A DNA stretch of 64,000 nucleotides from Thermoplasmata archaeon (GTDB lineage: Archaea > Thermoplasmatota > Thermoplasmata > RBG-16-68-12 > JAFNFQ01), in the NCBI GenBank assembly GCA_041489255.1, contig JBGPQV010000002.1:128001-192000 (forward strand). The letters are read 5' to 3'. The position numbers were made by a program, and so were the translations under genes. A model generated the notes under the pieces. The model saw only the letters and a list, made by a program, of their open reading frames with translations, was not told the DNA's origin and did no database searches. Positions 1 to 9,916 of this stretch are shown here, piece after piece (position 1 is the stretch's first letter; the number at the start of each line of letters is the position of its first letter).

Positions 1-1609
1 TCCGTACGAGCCCAACGCCGTCCTGGAGTTCGACCTGATCGTGATGAACAGGGGGAGCGACGACCTCGCAAGCCTCGAAGTATTCCTTGCAATACATGGG
101 CCGGGCGTCGATGGTCCGCCGGAGAACCACCCCGAGTTCGAGACGACCACAGACGACATGGCCAGCGTTGCGGTCGAGACTCAGAGCTTCGTCATCGCCG
201 ACTTCTCCAACACACTGGAGAACCCGTTCGATGAGATGTGGGGCGGCAGGCACTCGGTCTACGTCGGCGACGACGCCATCTGGACCGCATACATGCATGC
301 ACCGGAGGTCCTGCTCGCCGGAGAGACAATCCGCCTGCATGTGACGGTAGTCCTCGGCCCGAACCCGAGCCCGCTCTTCGAGATTCATTTCGATGCATGG
401 GACAAGGACACGAACGAGAAGACGCCGAATGGCCACGATGTAACGCTCATTTCAAGGGGTACCCAAGGCAACCAGCCGCCAGAGGCCTGCTTCGTGTTTA
501 TTCCTGGCGATGTCGTCTATGAGGGCGACCTCGCCACCATGGACGCATCATGCTCAAGCGACCCTGACGGCAAGGACGACATCGTCAGCTATGAATGGGA
601 CTTCGATGTCGATGTCGACAGTGACGGCGACGGCATCACGGACAACGACATCAACGCGGTCGGACCGTATGTGAATTTCATCTGGTTCGACGACTACAAG
701 AGCACCGTCAAGCTCACCGTTGCCGATTCGAAGGGGAACGCTGACATCGCCTATGGTACCGTCACGATCTTGAACCTCCCGCCGGAGGGCAAGTTTGAGG
801 GCGGACTTTTAGAAATCGAACTCTGCATCCGGATGGCTGGGAGCAAGTGGAGCAACGCCGAGGCCAAAGTCTGGGAGAACTACGACCCAGTCACGGGCAG
901 GGGCGACAGGCTGCTTGCAGACATAGAAGTGGAACGCTGGCCGGGCCCGCCAGACCAGAACCCGACCTCCACAGGCGACAGTTGCGTGCCTCTGATTCTT
1001 GATGTGGCCGGGACTTACAACTATACCGCAGTGGTCACGTACGACCCGTTCCCCGACAATGGCGACGCGATCATGGGCGACCAGCCGAACAACGGCAAGG
1101 ACCCGAACAACAACGCGGGCAACCCCCTGTGGCTGATATGCAAGTTCCCTGACGGCACCGAGTGCAAGTGGCACCACACCTTCAACACGCAACAGTCGAT
1201 GATCAGGGACAGCAACCACTGGAACCATGTCGAACCTTGGCTCGTCCCGCTGAACTTCGGACTGGTGGCGGGCGCGCCCATGAAGTTCATGGCGAGCGCG
1301 ACCGACCCCGGCACCGACGACCTGACGTTCGATTGGGATTGGGGTGACGGCTCAACCGACAGCACGACCTACCTGTATGACGGCATCAGGGGACCCGACC
1401 CCACATACCCGCCAGGCAGCCCGTATGAGCCCTACGCGCCGCCTCTCGGCCTGAACGACCCTGCACCTCCTGTGTACGCAACGAACACAATGTTCCACAC
1501 CTACGCCACGCCGGGCGACTACACGGTCACGCTGACGATCACTGATGACGACGGCGGAGTCTGGACGTACCAGACGACCATGACGGTGGTCGACACCTTC
1601 TGCAAGTAG
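1..1609 (+). CDS. PKD-domain surface/secreted protein, 5'-truncated by the window edge
   Basis: Frame is open from nt 2 (PYEPNAVLEFDLIVMNRG...). PKD motifs: DASCSSDPDG..SYEWDFD, FDWDWGDG, HTYATPGDYTVTLTITDDDGG. Confidence 0.8.
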   Translation, partial: PYEPNAVLEFDLIVMNRGSDDLASLEVFLAIHGPGVDGPPENHPEFETTTDDMASVAVETQSFVIADFSNTLENPFDEMWGGRHSVYVGDDAIWTAYMHAPEVLLAGETIRLHVTVVLGPNPSPLFEIHFDAWDKDTNEKTPNGHDVTLISRGTQGNQPPEACFVFIPGDVVYEGDLATMDASCSSDPDGKDDIVSYEWDFDVDVDSDGDGITDNDINAVGPYVNFIWFDDYKSTVKLTVADSKGNADIAYGTVTILNLPPEGKFEGGLLEIELCIRMAGSKWSNAEAKVWENYDPVTGRGDRLLADIEVERWPGPPDQNPTSTGDSCVPLILDVAGTYNYTAVVTYDPFPDNGDAIMGDQPNNGKDPNNNAGNPLWLICKFPDGTECKWHHTFNTQQSMIRDSNHWNHVEPWLVPLNFGLVAGAPMKFMASATDPGTDDLTFDWDWGDGSTDSTTYLYDGIRGPDPTYPPGSPYEPYAPPLGLNDPAPPVYATNTMFHTYATPGDYTVTLTITDDDGGVWTYQTTMTVVDTFCK

Positions 1610-1684
1610 AAGCACGAGCCTTTTCCCGGGCCGTCGCTGTTCCCCGCGAGCTGCCGTCGGCCTCTCGCGGCCACCGGAGGTCAG

Positions 1685-3823
1685 ATGACCCGCAAATCCA
1701 TAAATAGGCCATCCGAGAATCGAACAGCCGTGCAAGGCAGGGCGATTGCGCTGGCATTCCTGTTGGTCCTCGGGGCCTGCACCTTCCTGACGCCGAAAAG
1801 CGCTCTTGCGGCCCGAGCAGAGGTCAACGATGTCTTCCTGATGATAGACGATTACACCAACGACTCCATCGTGGACGCCTGGGCAGCTCTCAACTTTACC
1901 GAGGCCCCAATACCGCCGCCAAGCCAGGTGGACGACATCCTCTTCGAGTGGTTCGCGCCAAGCGGGGCGATGGTGAACCAGGAGACGGTGAATCCGAACG
2001 ACCAGGCGTGGGCCCCGAGCAGCTTCCGCGTGACGCACATCGGGCAGTGGATGATCAACGCCACGTACACCACGAACACGAGCGTTCACGAGAGCCTGAG
2101 CTTCAACGTCCTGCCCGAGGTCTGGGGTCCGGGACAGGTCATGCTTGGGCTGACGACGGTTGTCGGTAGGACCGGCGAGCTGACGATAGCTCCGGGAACC
2201 GATATCCGATTCCCGACTGGCGGAGCGTTGCGTGTTCAAGGGAAGATCACCGCGATCGGGACCGGCGGCCAGCCCATCGTCTTCACGTCGAACGAGTCCG
2301 CCCCCGTTGCGGGAGACTGGAACGTCATATCCTTCCTGGAGACAGCCGAGAACTCATCGCGCATATCTCAAGCCCGGTTGAGCTACTCCACCGGAGGGAT
2401 TAGGATCAAGGGCGCATCGCCTGCGGTGGACAACGTGACATTCTCGGACAACAATCAGAGCAGCATAGACGCCGAATACTCGATGTCTTCACTACGCGAC
2501 CTCACGATTGCGGGAGGCGCATACGGCATCGACCTCGCCGGCTGCACGATGAACATCACATCCGTCACGATAACCGGGGCCAACTACGGATTGAGGTTCC
2601 AGGGCGGCGGCGGGCTCGTCTCGGACGTCAACATCGCAGGGTCGGCTCAGACAGGATTGCTGGTCAACGGGGCAACGGTGTCAATCAGCGATTCCGCATT
2701 TGGCGACAACCGGATCGGGATTAGGGCGGACGCCTCGACGGTCACCGCCGAAGCAATCTCGAGCTCTCGTGACCGCATTGCGGTGCAGGCAGTGCAGGGC
2801 GCGAGCGTTTTCTTCTCGAACTCCTCGATAGTCGACGCGGGCCTGCGGCAATACTCGGCATCGGGCGCCTCGAGGATATTCGCACGCAACGTCCAGCTGA
2901 GCCCGCCGACACCGATCTTGAGGGATATCACGGACACGTCCCTGCTCGTCATCCAGAGCTATCTCTGGGTGACGACAAGATTGTTCGACACCGGCCTCGT
3001 GCTCTCCGGAGCGACTGTCGAGTTCTTCGAAGACTCGACCCTCGTCGGCACGCTGCTCACAGGGGCTGGCGGTGCAGCTGGGCCAATCGCGCTCACATAC
3101 GGCAGCTATGACGCCACGACTTTCATAAGGAAGACGACTGTCGTCTCGGTAGGCCTGACCGGTTACGCTTTCGCAAACAACAGCCGGATAGTGAACATGG
3201 CATCAAGTCATTCGGAGACATTCAACGGCAGCATCCACGACTACGACCGCGACGGGAATCCCGACTTCAACGACTCCGACGACGACAACGACGGTCTGAG
3301 CGACCTGGTCGAGCTCCAGATAGGCACCGACCCCCGCAACGCCGACACTGACGCCGACGGGATGCCGGATGGCTGGGAGTACGACCATGGGTTCGACCCG
3401 ACGAATCCCGCAGACGGCAACTGGGACGCTGACGGTGACGGGCTGTCCAACAAGCGCGAGTACCAGTACGGGACCGACCCGAACAACCCGGACAGCGACG
3501 GCGACGGCATGCCGGACGGCTGGGAGGTCAGGTACGGCCTGAACCCGCTTGACCCGACCGACGCGAGCAAAGACTCGGACTTCGACGACTACTCGAACCT
3601 CGATGAGTACCTGAAAGGGACGAATCCCCGGAGCGCGGAGTCCCGCCCGCCATACAACCCGAACCTCGGCCTCCTCGGGGCTGGAGACTATTGGCCCATC
3701 GCCTTGGTCCCCTTGGTCGGACTTGGATTGATGGTCGTCTTCGTCGTGCTGCTCTACCTCCTGTCGGTGCCGCGCAAGAGACGAGGAAAGTCACCGCCGC
3801 CCGAACTCGAAAAAGAGACCTAG
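1685..3823 (+). CDS. Membrane-anchored surface protein: right-handed beta-helix plus Ca-binding DxDxDG (TSP3-like) repeats
   Basis: Signal peptide; parallel beta-helix repeats; DSDDDNDGLSD, DTDADGMPDGWE and DSDGDGMPDGWE repeats; C-terminal TM helix with basic tail. Confidence 0.8.
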   Translation: MTRKSINRPSENRTAVQGRAIALAFLLVLGACTFLTPKSALAARAEVNDVFLMIDDYTNDSIVDAWAALNFTEAPIPPPSQVDDILFEWFAPSGAMVNQETVNPNDQAWAPSSFRVTHIGQWMINATYTTNTSVHESLSFNVLPEVWGPGQVMLGLTTVVGRTGELTIAPGTDIRFPTGGALRVQGKITAIGTGGQPIVFTSNESAPVAGDWNVISFLETAENSSRISQARLSYSTGGIRIKGASPAVDNVTFSDNNQSSIDAEYSMSSLRDLTIAGGAYGIDLAGCTMNITSVTITGANYGLRFQGGGGLVSDVNIAGSAQTGLLVNGATVSISDSAFGDNRIGIRADASTVTAEAISSSRDRIAVQAVQGASVFFSNSSIVDAGLRQYSASGASRIFARNVQLSPPTPILRDITDTSLLVIQSYLWVTTRLFDTGLVLSGATVEFFEDSTLVGTLLTGAGGAAGPIALTYGSYDATTFIRKTTVVSVGLTGYAFANNSRIVNMASSHSETFNGSIHDYDRDGNPDFNDSDDDNDGLSDLVELQIGTDPRNADTDADGMPDGWEYDHGFDPTNPADGNWDADGDGLSNKREYQYGTDPNNPDSDGDGMPDGWEVRYGLNPLDPTDASKDSDFDDYSNLDEYLKGTNPRSAESRPPYNPNLGLLGAGDYWPIALVPLVGLGLMVVFVVLLYLLSVPRKRRGKSPPPELEKET

Positions 3824-4650
3824 GCGAACTCTTGGAGAAGACCCTCCACAGTGTCCGGCCCGGCCTTCTTCACTTTTGCGGCCAGTGAGTCAAGCAACTC
3901 ATGCAGTGTCGGCGTTTCGATGTCGTAGAGCACGCCCGTGTAGGGAGTCTCCGACCACGCGAGCTTGAGAGCCGCGAGCTTGTCTTTCTTGTCGTGCTCA
4001 GCGGGGACCTCCTTCGCGTTCTGCTTGAGCTCGGGGTAGGTGTTGTGGAATGTCACGCACGGGCTCAGGATCTGTACGAACGAGAATCCCTTGTGGATCA
4101 TCGCATTGAGCACGATCTGCCTCAGCTGGCGGGGGTTGCCGCTGAATCCTCGCGCGACGAACGTGGCTCCGACGGTTATCGCAAGAGCGGCGGGATCGAC
4201 GGGCGTCTCGATGCTCCCGTATGGCGTGGATTTCGTCGTGAGGCCGGGACCTGCCGTCGGCGACGCCTGCCCCCTCGTCATCCCGTAGACCCCGTTGTCC
4301 GTCATCACGTAGAGGATTTGCGGGTTGCGCTTCAGGGTGTGCAGGAAATGGTTGCCGCCAATCGCCAGGCCGTCTCCGTCACCGCCAACGGCGATGACCG
4401 TGAGCGCGGGATTCGCGACCTTCGCCCCAAGCGCGGCGGGAAGCGCACGTCCGTGGACCGTGTGCAGCCTGAACGACTTCAGGTAGCCGGGGAGCCTGCT
4501 CCCACAACCGATACCCGCCACGAGCACGACGTCCTGCGGTCTCGGTTTCGTGGTCTCCAGTGCCTTCGCAAGCGCGTCCAGGGCGGCGAAATTGCCGCAG
4601 CCCTCGCACCACACGGGCTTCAGTTCGCTCCTGAATCCGCCTTCAGCCAT
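3820..4650 (-). CDS. 2-oxoacid:ferredoxin oxidoreductase beta subunit
   Basis: WCEGCG, GIGC, TPP-binding GGDGDG..N motif, SPCVTF. Confidence 0.95.
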   Translation of the reverse strand: MAEGGFRSELKPVWCEGCGNFAALDALAKALETTKPRPQDVVLVAGIGCGSRLPGYLKSFRLHTVHGRALPAALGAKVANPALTVIAVGGDGDGLAIGGNHFLHTLKRNPQILYVMTDNGVYGMTRGQASPTAGPGLTTKSTPYGSIETPVDPAALAITVGATFVARGFSGNPRQLRQIVLNAMIHKGFSFVQILSPCVTFHNTYPELKQNAKEVPAEHDKKDKLAALKLAWSETPYTGVLYDIETPTLHELLDSLAAKVKKAGPDTVEGLLQEFA

Positions 4651-6388
4651 CGCGAGTCACCCCCCTCAGATGATCTGCGATTTCCCCTGCTGTGAAAGGG
4701 AGCCCGATGTACTTGTCGATGGCCTTCGTCGATACGCCCAGCTCGGAACGGAGGAGTCTCGCGCACTGCCCCGTTCGATTGAGCTCCGCAACGAATACGT
4801 TCTTCTTCCATTCGAGGAACTTCATTATCGGATTCACGGGCAGAGGCCACAGCATCTTCAGCTGCATTCCGTGAACGGGCAGGCCTTCCTTCGCGAGCCT
4901 GTCCACCGCCTCCATTAGCGCACCCTCCGTCGACCCCCAGCCGATTAAGCCCGTCGGCGACTCCGGGTCTCCGAACATCCTGACGAACCTGTCCGCGTCG
5001 ACCTGAGCGAGCTTGCGGAACCTTTTCTCCGTCATCTCCGAACGGGTCTCCGGCGTGTACGAGGGGAAGCCTCTCTCGTCGTGCTCGATGCCCATCGCCG
5101 CGTACATCCCGTTCTGGCCGGGGATGGCCATCGGCGAGACTCCGGTCTCGGTGACCTTGAATCGCCGGTACTCCCCAAGCGCGGTTTCGTCGGGGATAAG
5201 CCGGTTTCTGACAGGAACCCGATCCATCTCGATGGCGGGCACCGCCTCCATCCTGTGCGACAATGCCAGATCCGCCAGCAGGATGACAGGCATCTGACAC
5301 TCCTCCGCGAGGTTGAACGCTTCAATCGTCATGTAGAAGCAATCCTCGACGCTGGACGGCGCGAGCACTATCCTCGGAGATTCCCCGTGGCTCGCGTGCA
5401 CCGCGAGAAGCAGGTCGGATTGCTCCGTCGCGGTCGGTATTCCAGTGCTCGGCCCGACGCGCTGCGAGTCGACGATGACGCAGGGGACCTCCGCCATGCT
5501 CGCGTAGCCGATCAGCTCCCCCATGAGCGAGAAACCCGGCCCGGACGTGGCCGTCATCGCCTTTGTCCCAGTGAATGACGCACCTATCACGGCTGCGAGG
5601 GCTGCCATCTCGTCCTCGACCTGCAGCACCCTCCCGCCGAACCGAGGGAGCGTCTCAGAGAGATATTCCAGGATCTCGGAGGCCGGGGTTATCGGATACC
5701 CGGCGAAGAACCTGCACCCCGCGGCTATCGCCCCGAGAGAGATCGCCTCGTTGCCGGAGAGAAGCATCCTTGGAGGAGCGGTGAGAGCGGGCGCGATCTG
5801 CTTGGAATGCCGCCAGCCTTTCTCCCCGCAGAAGTCCCAGCCCGCCTCGAACGCTCCGACGTTCATCTTCAGGGCCTCGTCCCTCTTCGCGTATCGTTCC
5901 TGGAGCAATCCCTGGATAACATCCTTGTTCACGCCGAGATATCGGGCGCATACTCCGAGGACCGCCATGTTCCTCCTATCCGCCCCGAAGCGCCGCGACA
6001 GCTCTGAAATTGGCGTGGGAAGGACACTCTTCGCGGCCTTCGCGAATTGGGCCGCCTCGGCATCGACGAGTACTACACCATCCGGGGTCAGGTCTCCCTG
6101 GTTGTTCTCCAGCTCCTTCTTGCTGAATACCGCCAGGAACTCAGGCCGGTCGCCCTGACTCAGGGCGGGGCCCGAGCATATCCTCGCCTGGTACATGACG
6201 CTCCCGCCGCGCACCTCCGTCGGGTACGAGCTGAATGTGAAGACGTTCAGACCGATCCTGACGCATGCCTTGATCAGCGTGTCTCCCAGGGTAATCACTC
6301 CATCGCCCGCCTCCCCTGCGAAGCGGACGACGATGTCGGTGTCTGCCATCGACTCTCTCTCCGAGTGCGGGAAGTTGGACATTCTCAT
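4643..6388 (-). CDS. 2-oxoacid:ferredoxin oxidoreductase alpha subunit (gamma-alpha fusion)
   Basis: GEAGDG, EVRGG, YPITPA, EDEMAA, TATSGPGFSL motifs; overlaps the beta gene. Confidence 0.95.
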   Translation of the reverse strand: MRMSNFPHSERESMADTDIVVRFAGEAGDGVITLGDTLIKACVRIGLNVFTFSSYPTEVRGGSVMYQARICSGPALSQGDRPEFLAVFSKKELENNQGDLTPDGVVLVDAEAAQFAKAAKSVLPTPISELSRRFGADRRNMAVLGVCARYLGVNKDVIQGLLQERYAKRDEALKMNVGAFEAGWDFCGEKGWRHSKQIAPALTAPPRMLLSGNEAISLGAIAAGCRFFAGYPITPASEILEYLSETLPRFGGRVLQVEDEMAALAAVIGASFTGTKAMTATSGPGFSLMGELIGYASMAEVPCVIVDSQRVGPSTGIPTATEQSDLLLAVHASHGESPRIVLAPSSVEDCFYMTIEAFNLAEECQMPVILLADLALSHRMEAVPAIEMDRVPVRNRLIPDETALGEYRRFKVTETGVSPMAIPGQNGMYAAMGIEHDERGFPSYTPETRSEMTEKRFRKLAQVDADRFVRMFGDPESPTGLIGWGSTEGALMEAVDRLAKEGLPVHGMQLKMLWPLPVNPIMKFLEWKKNVFVAELNRTGQCARLLRSELGVSTKAIDKYIGLPFTAGEIADHLRGVTRDG

Positions 6389-6443
6389 AAGACTATGCCG
6401 TCATCACAATCCGTATGGCCCCGAGACGAACCGGCTGGTGATT

Positions 6444-6950
6444 TCACTTCAGAAGGTCGACACGCGCAACTCTCTCCAGCACGAGATCGCAAGCCTTCTC
6501 CTTGCCGACGCACTCAATCTCTTCTTTGGCAATCCCGAAGTTGGCGAGCTTGGAGACATCTCCTTCGAGGACGCCGTCGTCCCTTTCGATGTCGAGAGAC
6601 TGGAAGACATCCGCCAATGTGGACTGTTCCGACACGACGACGGCCACGCGTGTGGTCGCTGCCTTGACCCCCATTTTCTCGATCGCGCTGGAGAGCTGCC
6701 TTTCTCCCGAGGCGTAGAGCATGACCTCGAGCATCTTCGTCGTTGCAGCATTCCTCCCTCGCTCGAACGCCCGAGAAGCATGCTCCAGCGCGCTCTCGAT
6801 GTGGACCTTGCCGAGAATCAAGTCAGCGTCCATGAGCAAGATCTCTATCCCGAGTTTGGCGGCAAGCGCCTTCGATTTTGAAAGCAGGTCATCAGCTTTC
6901 CCGGCAGGTATCCTGCCCCCGCCAATGCCCGCGCCCGCCACGTCTATCAC
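6444..6950 (-). CDS. cgi121: KEOPS complex subunit Cgi121
   Basis: GTG start overlapping the upstream TGA (GTGA). HIESALEHA..AF, EVMLYASGERQLSSAIEKMGVK and LVLERVA are typical of Cgi121. Confidence 0.85.
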   Translation of the reverse strand: MIDVAGAGIGGGRIPAGKADDLLSKSKALAAKLGIEILLMDADLILGKVHIESALEHASRAFERGRNAATTKMLEVMLYASGERQLSSAIEKMGVKAATTRVAVVVSEQSTLADVFQSLDIERDDGVLEGDVSKLANFGIAKEEIECVGKEKACDLVLERVARVDLLK

Positions 6951-7318
6951 TTCGCCCCCATCTTTTCCCACGCGTCGTACAATCTCCTGATGTGCGGTAT
7001 CGTGATCGACCCGCCAACGACCAGCCCCACATTCACGAGCTCCTCCAGTTCCCTCTCGGTAATCCCCTCCGCCCTGCAGCGAAATAGGTGATAGAGTATG
7101 CAATCGTCGCACCGCAGCACCAGAGACGCCACGAGCCCCATCATCTCCTTCGTCTTGGCGGGGAGTGCCCCCTTCCGGTAGGCCTCGCTGTCGAGCGCGT
7201 AGAACCTCTTGATCTTCAGGCTCGCGTGCCTCATCACGAGCTCATTGAGCCTTTCCCGCTCTCTCTGGAACTCCTCGACCCGGTGCGCGTGCCTGCCCTT
7301 TCCCGCCTTTTCTTTCAT
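6947..7318 (-). CDS. Carboxymuconolactone decarboxylase / AhpD-like protein
   Basis: KTKEMMGLVASLVLRCDDCILYH (CxxC..H) motif; RBS-like GGAGG upstream. Confidence 0.85.
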   Translation of the reverse strand: MKEKAGKGRHAHRVEEFQRERERLNELVMRHASLKIKRFYALDSEAYRKGALPAKTKEMMGLVASLVLRCDDCILYHLFRCRAEGITERELEELVNVGLVVGGSITIPHIRRLYDAWEKMGAK

Positions 7319-7332
7319 CTCCCTTCCTCCGC

Positions 7333-9483
7333 TCAATCGAAATCCGTGAGCCCGGACTGGCCGATGAGCGGCCCCTTCACCGCCTCCTCGCCAGCTCCGA
7401 GCTGCTCCTTGATCTTCCTGGCGACCGCGGGTCCTATGCTCGGTATCCTCGCGATGTCCCCCGCCTCCGCCTTCTGAAGGTCCCGCAGGGTCTTGTACCC
7501 TCGGGAGAACAGCGCCCTACCCCTCACCCGCCCGACGCCCCGCAGCTCCACCAGGGGCAGCAGCTCCTCCTTCACGCCGTACGTCTCCCGCAGCACGAGG
7601 CGGCTCACCGGCCTGACCCGCGCCTTGTTGAATATCCGCGCTAGCTCCTGCATCGAGTAGAGGAGCCACCTGGCCTGCTCGGTCATCCGCCTGATGTCAC
7701 CAGGCCCGATGCCGAACCTCTTGGTGATGTCGTTCTCCGGCCTCTCGTCCAGCCAGTCCTCAAGGAGCGCGGCGGTCTTGACCTCCGCCATCATGAAGTC
7801 GTAGTCGTCCACAGGGAAAGTCAGGCCCTCGAAGACTATCTTCTCGTCGACCCACTGGTAGTCTCCCCGCCGGAGGTAGAGCTTCGGCATGTCAGGCGTC
7901 GAGCAGGCCGCCCACAGGTGTGCAAAGTCGCTTTCGAGCTCGGTCTTGAGGTGGTCCCTCATCTTCACCGCGGACAGGGGGTCGATGTAGAGGTCGGAGG
8001 TCCTTTTGCCGAAGAGCGTCGCCCTGAGCGTGTCCTTGGCGGTGATGAAGCCCTCGCGCTCCAGGAAGCTGAGGACCGCCACGACCTTGTCCCTGATGTT
8101 CTCCACGTCCTCGCAGTGCGCGAAGAACGTGGAGCCGATGAAATCGAAAATCTCCTGCTCCGTCTTCGTATGCTCGGTTGCGATGCTCGCGAGGATGTGC
8201 ACCCTGAGCGCAGGTTCGGCCCCAAGCTTGGAGACTATCGCCTCCGGCTTGCTCAGGAAGTACGCATCAGTGAGTTCCTTGATGTCCTCCTCCTTCTTGG
8301 CGATGAGGATGGCCTCTCCGAACTTGTCATATCGCGGCCTCCCCGCGCGGCCGCACATCTGCTTGATCTCGAGCACGGGGATCGGCGCATTCCCATAGGT
8401 CACATCGAACCTGCTGAGATCCCTCACGACGACCCTTCTGGCGGGGAGGTTGATTCCACTTGCCAATGTCGGGGTTGCGACGATGCACTTAATCCTGCCT
8501 TTCTTGAAGTTCGTCTCCACCATCCGTCTCTGGTCGTTCGTCAGGCCGGCGTTGTGGAACGCGGCTCCGCCCTCGACGCACTTCGCGAGGCGCGCGACCA
8601 TCGATGTCGGCTCATCCTGCCGCTTCGAGAGATCATCCGCCATCTCGGCGAGTTTCTCCCGCTCCTTAGGCTCGATTGCCTGCTTCAGGCGGGAAGCCAG
8701 GCTCGTGGCGAGAGCCTCCGTCGATCTCCGGGTGTTCACGAAAATCAGGCACTGCCCGCCCTCTCTGACCGTGTCCAATACCAGGGCAAGGAGCTCCTCG
8801 CCCTCTGGCGGGACCGGCCTCGACGAGCCATCGGTGAAGTGGATTTTATCGTTCCAGCAGACTCCTTGTTTCAACGGGACAGGCCGCCACTCGCTCCTGA
8901 AATGCTCCGCCTCCAGCCACTTGGCGAGTTCGTCCGAGTTCCTGATGGTAGCCGACAGGGCGATGATCTGAGCGCGGGGGTTGACCTGCCTCATCTTGGC
9001 CAGGGTCACCTCGAGGGTCGGCCCTCGGTCGCCGTCGTTGATGAGATGCACCTCGTCTGCGACGACCGTGGTCAGCCTCTTCAGCCAGCTCGTCTTGTGT
9101 CGCAGGAGGGAGTCGGCCTTCTCCGAGGTCGCGATGATGATGTCGTATCGTTCCAGGGTCGGGTCAGGAGTGTCGAAGTCCCCGACGGCAATGCCCACCT
9201 TGATCCCGAGTGAGTCGAACTCCTTCAGGTCATCATACTTCTCTGACGCGAGGGCTCTAAGCGGGACGATGTAGAGCGCCTTCCCTCCCGCCATGACCGA
9301 CTTGACGGCAGCAAGGTAGGCGATGAGGGACTTGCCGGCGGCGGTGGGAATCGCCAAGACAATGTTCTTTCCCGCCAGAGCGGCACCAATCGATTCGGCC
9401 TGCGGCGGGTACAGCTCCTCGATTCCCTGCTTGGAGAGGATGGAGACAATCCTTTCATCGAGACCGAGGTCTGAGACCTTCAT
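7333..9483 (-). CDS. hel308: Ski2-like ATP-dependent DNA helicase Hel308/Hjm
   Basis: LYPPQ, PTAAGKSL (Walker A), DEVH, SAT, QMCGRAGRP and C-terminal HhH. Real start is MKVSDL at 9483; the longer ORF start runs into the repeat array. Confidence 0.95.
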   Translation of the reverse strand: MKVSDLGLDERIVSILSKQGIEELYPPQAESIGAALAGKNIVLAIPTAAGKSLIAYLAAVKSVMAGGKALYIVPLRALASEKYDDLKEFDSLGIKVGIAVGDFDTPDPTLERYDIIIATSEKADSLLRHKTSWLKRLTTVVADEVHLINDGDRGPTLEVTLAKMRQVNPRAQIIALSATIRNSDELAKWLEAEHFRSEWRPVPLKQGVCWNDKIHFTDGSSRPVPPEGEELLALVLDTVREGGQCLIFVNTRRSTEALATSLASRLKQAIEPKEREKLAEMADDLSKRQDEPTSMVARLAKCVEGGAAFHNAGLTNDQRRMVETNFKKGRIKCIVATPTLASGINLPARRVVVRDLSRFDVTYGNAPIPVLEIKQMCGRAGRPRYDKFGEAILIAKKEEDIKELTDAYFLSKPEAIVSKLGAEPALRVHILASIATEHTKTEQEIFDFIGSTFFAHCEDVENIRDKVVAVLSFLEREGFITAKDTLRATLFGKRTSDLYIDPLSAVKMRDHLKTELESDFAHLWAACSTPDMPKLYLRRGDYQWVDEKIVFEGLTFPVDDYDFMMAEVKTAALLEDWLDERPENDITKRFGIGPGDIRRMTEQARWLLYSMQELARIFNKARVRPVSRLVLRETYGVKEELLPLVELRGVGRVRGRALFSRGYKTLRDLQKAEAGDIARIPSIGPAVARKIKEQLGAGEEAVKGPLIGQSGLTDFD

Positions 9484-9547
9484 CTGGCGAGGGATTATGG
9501 CGGGTGTCAATAAAGGTTCTCGGTGGCGGGTGTGAAAGTGACCCCGC

Positions 9548-9900
9548 CATACGTGGAACATATCCCGCCACACTTGGCGCGCTTCACGCAACATGCAGCG
9601 CACAATCCGCAACACTCAGCGGGACTTACGCGACACTCAGCGCGCTTCCCGCCACATCCGCCGCATTTTCGGGAACATTCTGCGGGATTTGCGCAACATG
9701 TAGCGGACATCACGGAACATGTAGCAGGGTCCAAGAACATGTTGCGGGGTTTGCGAAACGTGTAGCGGGGATTCGGGAACATGTAGCGAGGTTCACGCAA
9801 CATGTAGCGAACTTCATGGAACATGCAGCGGGGTCCGAAAACATGTTGCGGTGTCTGCAGAACATGTTGCGCGGATTCGGCAAGACGTTGCGTAAATCGC
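9548..9900. repeat. Degenerate 21-bp tandem array, about 17 units, core approximating the palindrome GCAACATGTTGC
   Basis: AACATG-like cores at 9590, 9611, 9632, 9653, 9674, 9695, 9716, 9736, 9757, 9778, 9799, 9820, 9840, 9861 and 9882. Confidence 0.9.
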
Positions 9901-9916
9901 ATTATCATCGCACTTT

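Noticed and set aside
7918-9213. Long antisense ORFs (for example 7918-9213, 21271-22512, 51376-52320, 52912-53976)
   Set aside because: Shadows of well-supported genes on the opposite strand in GC-rich DNA.
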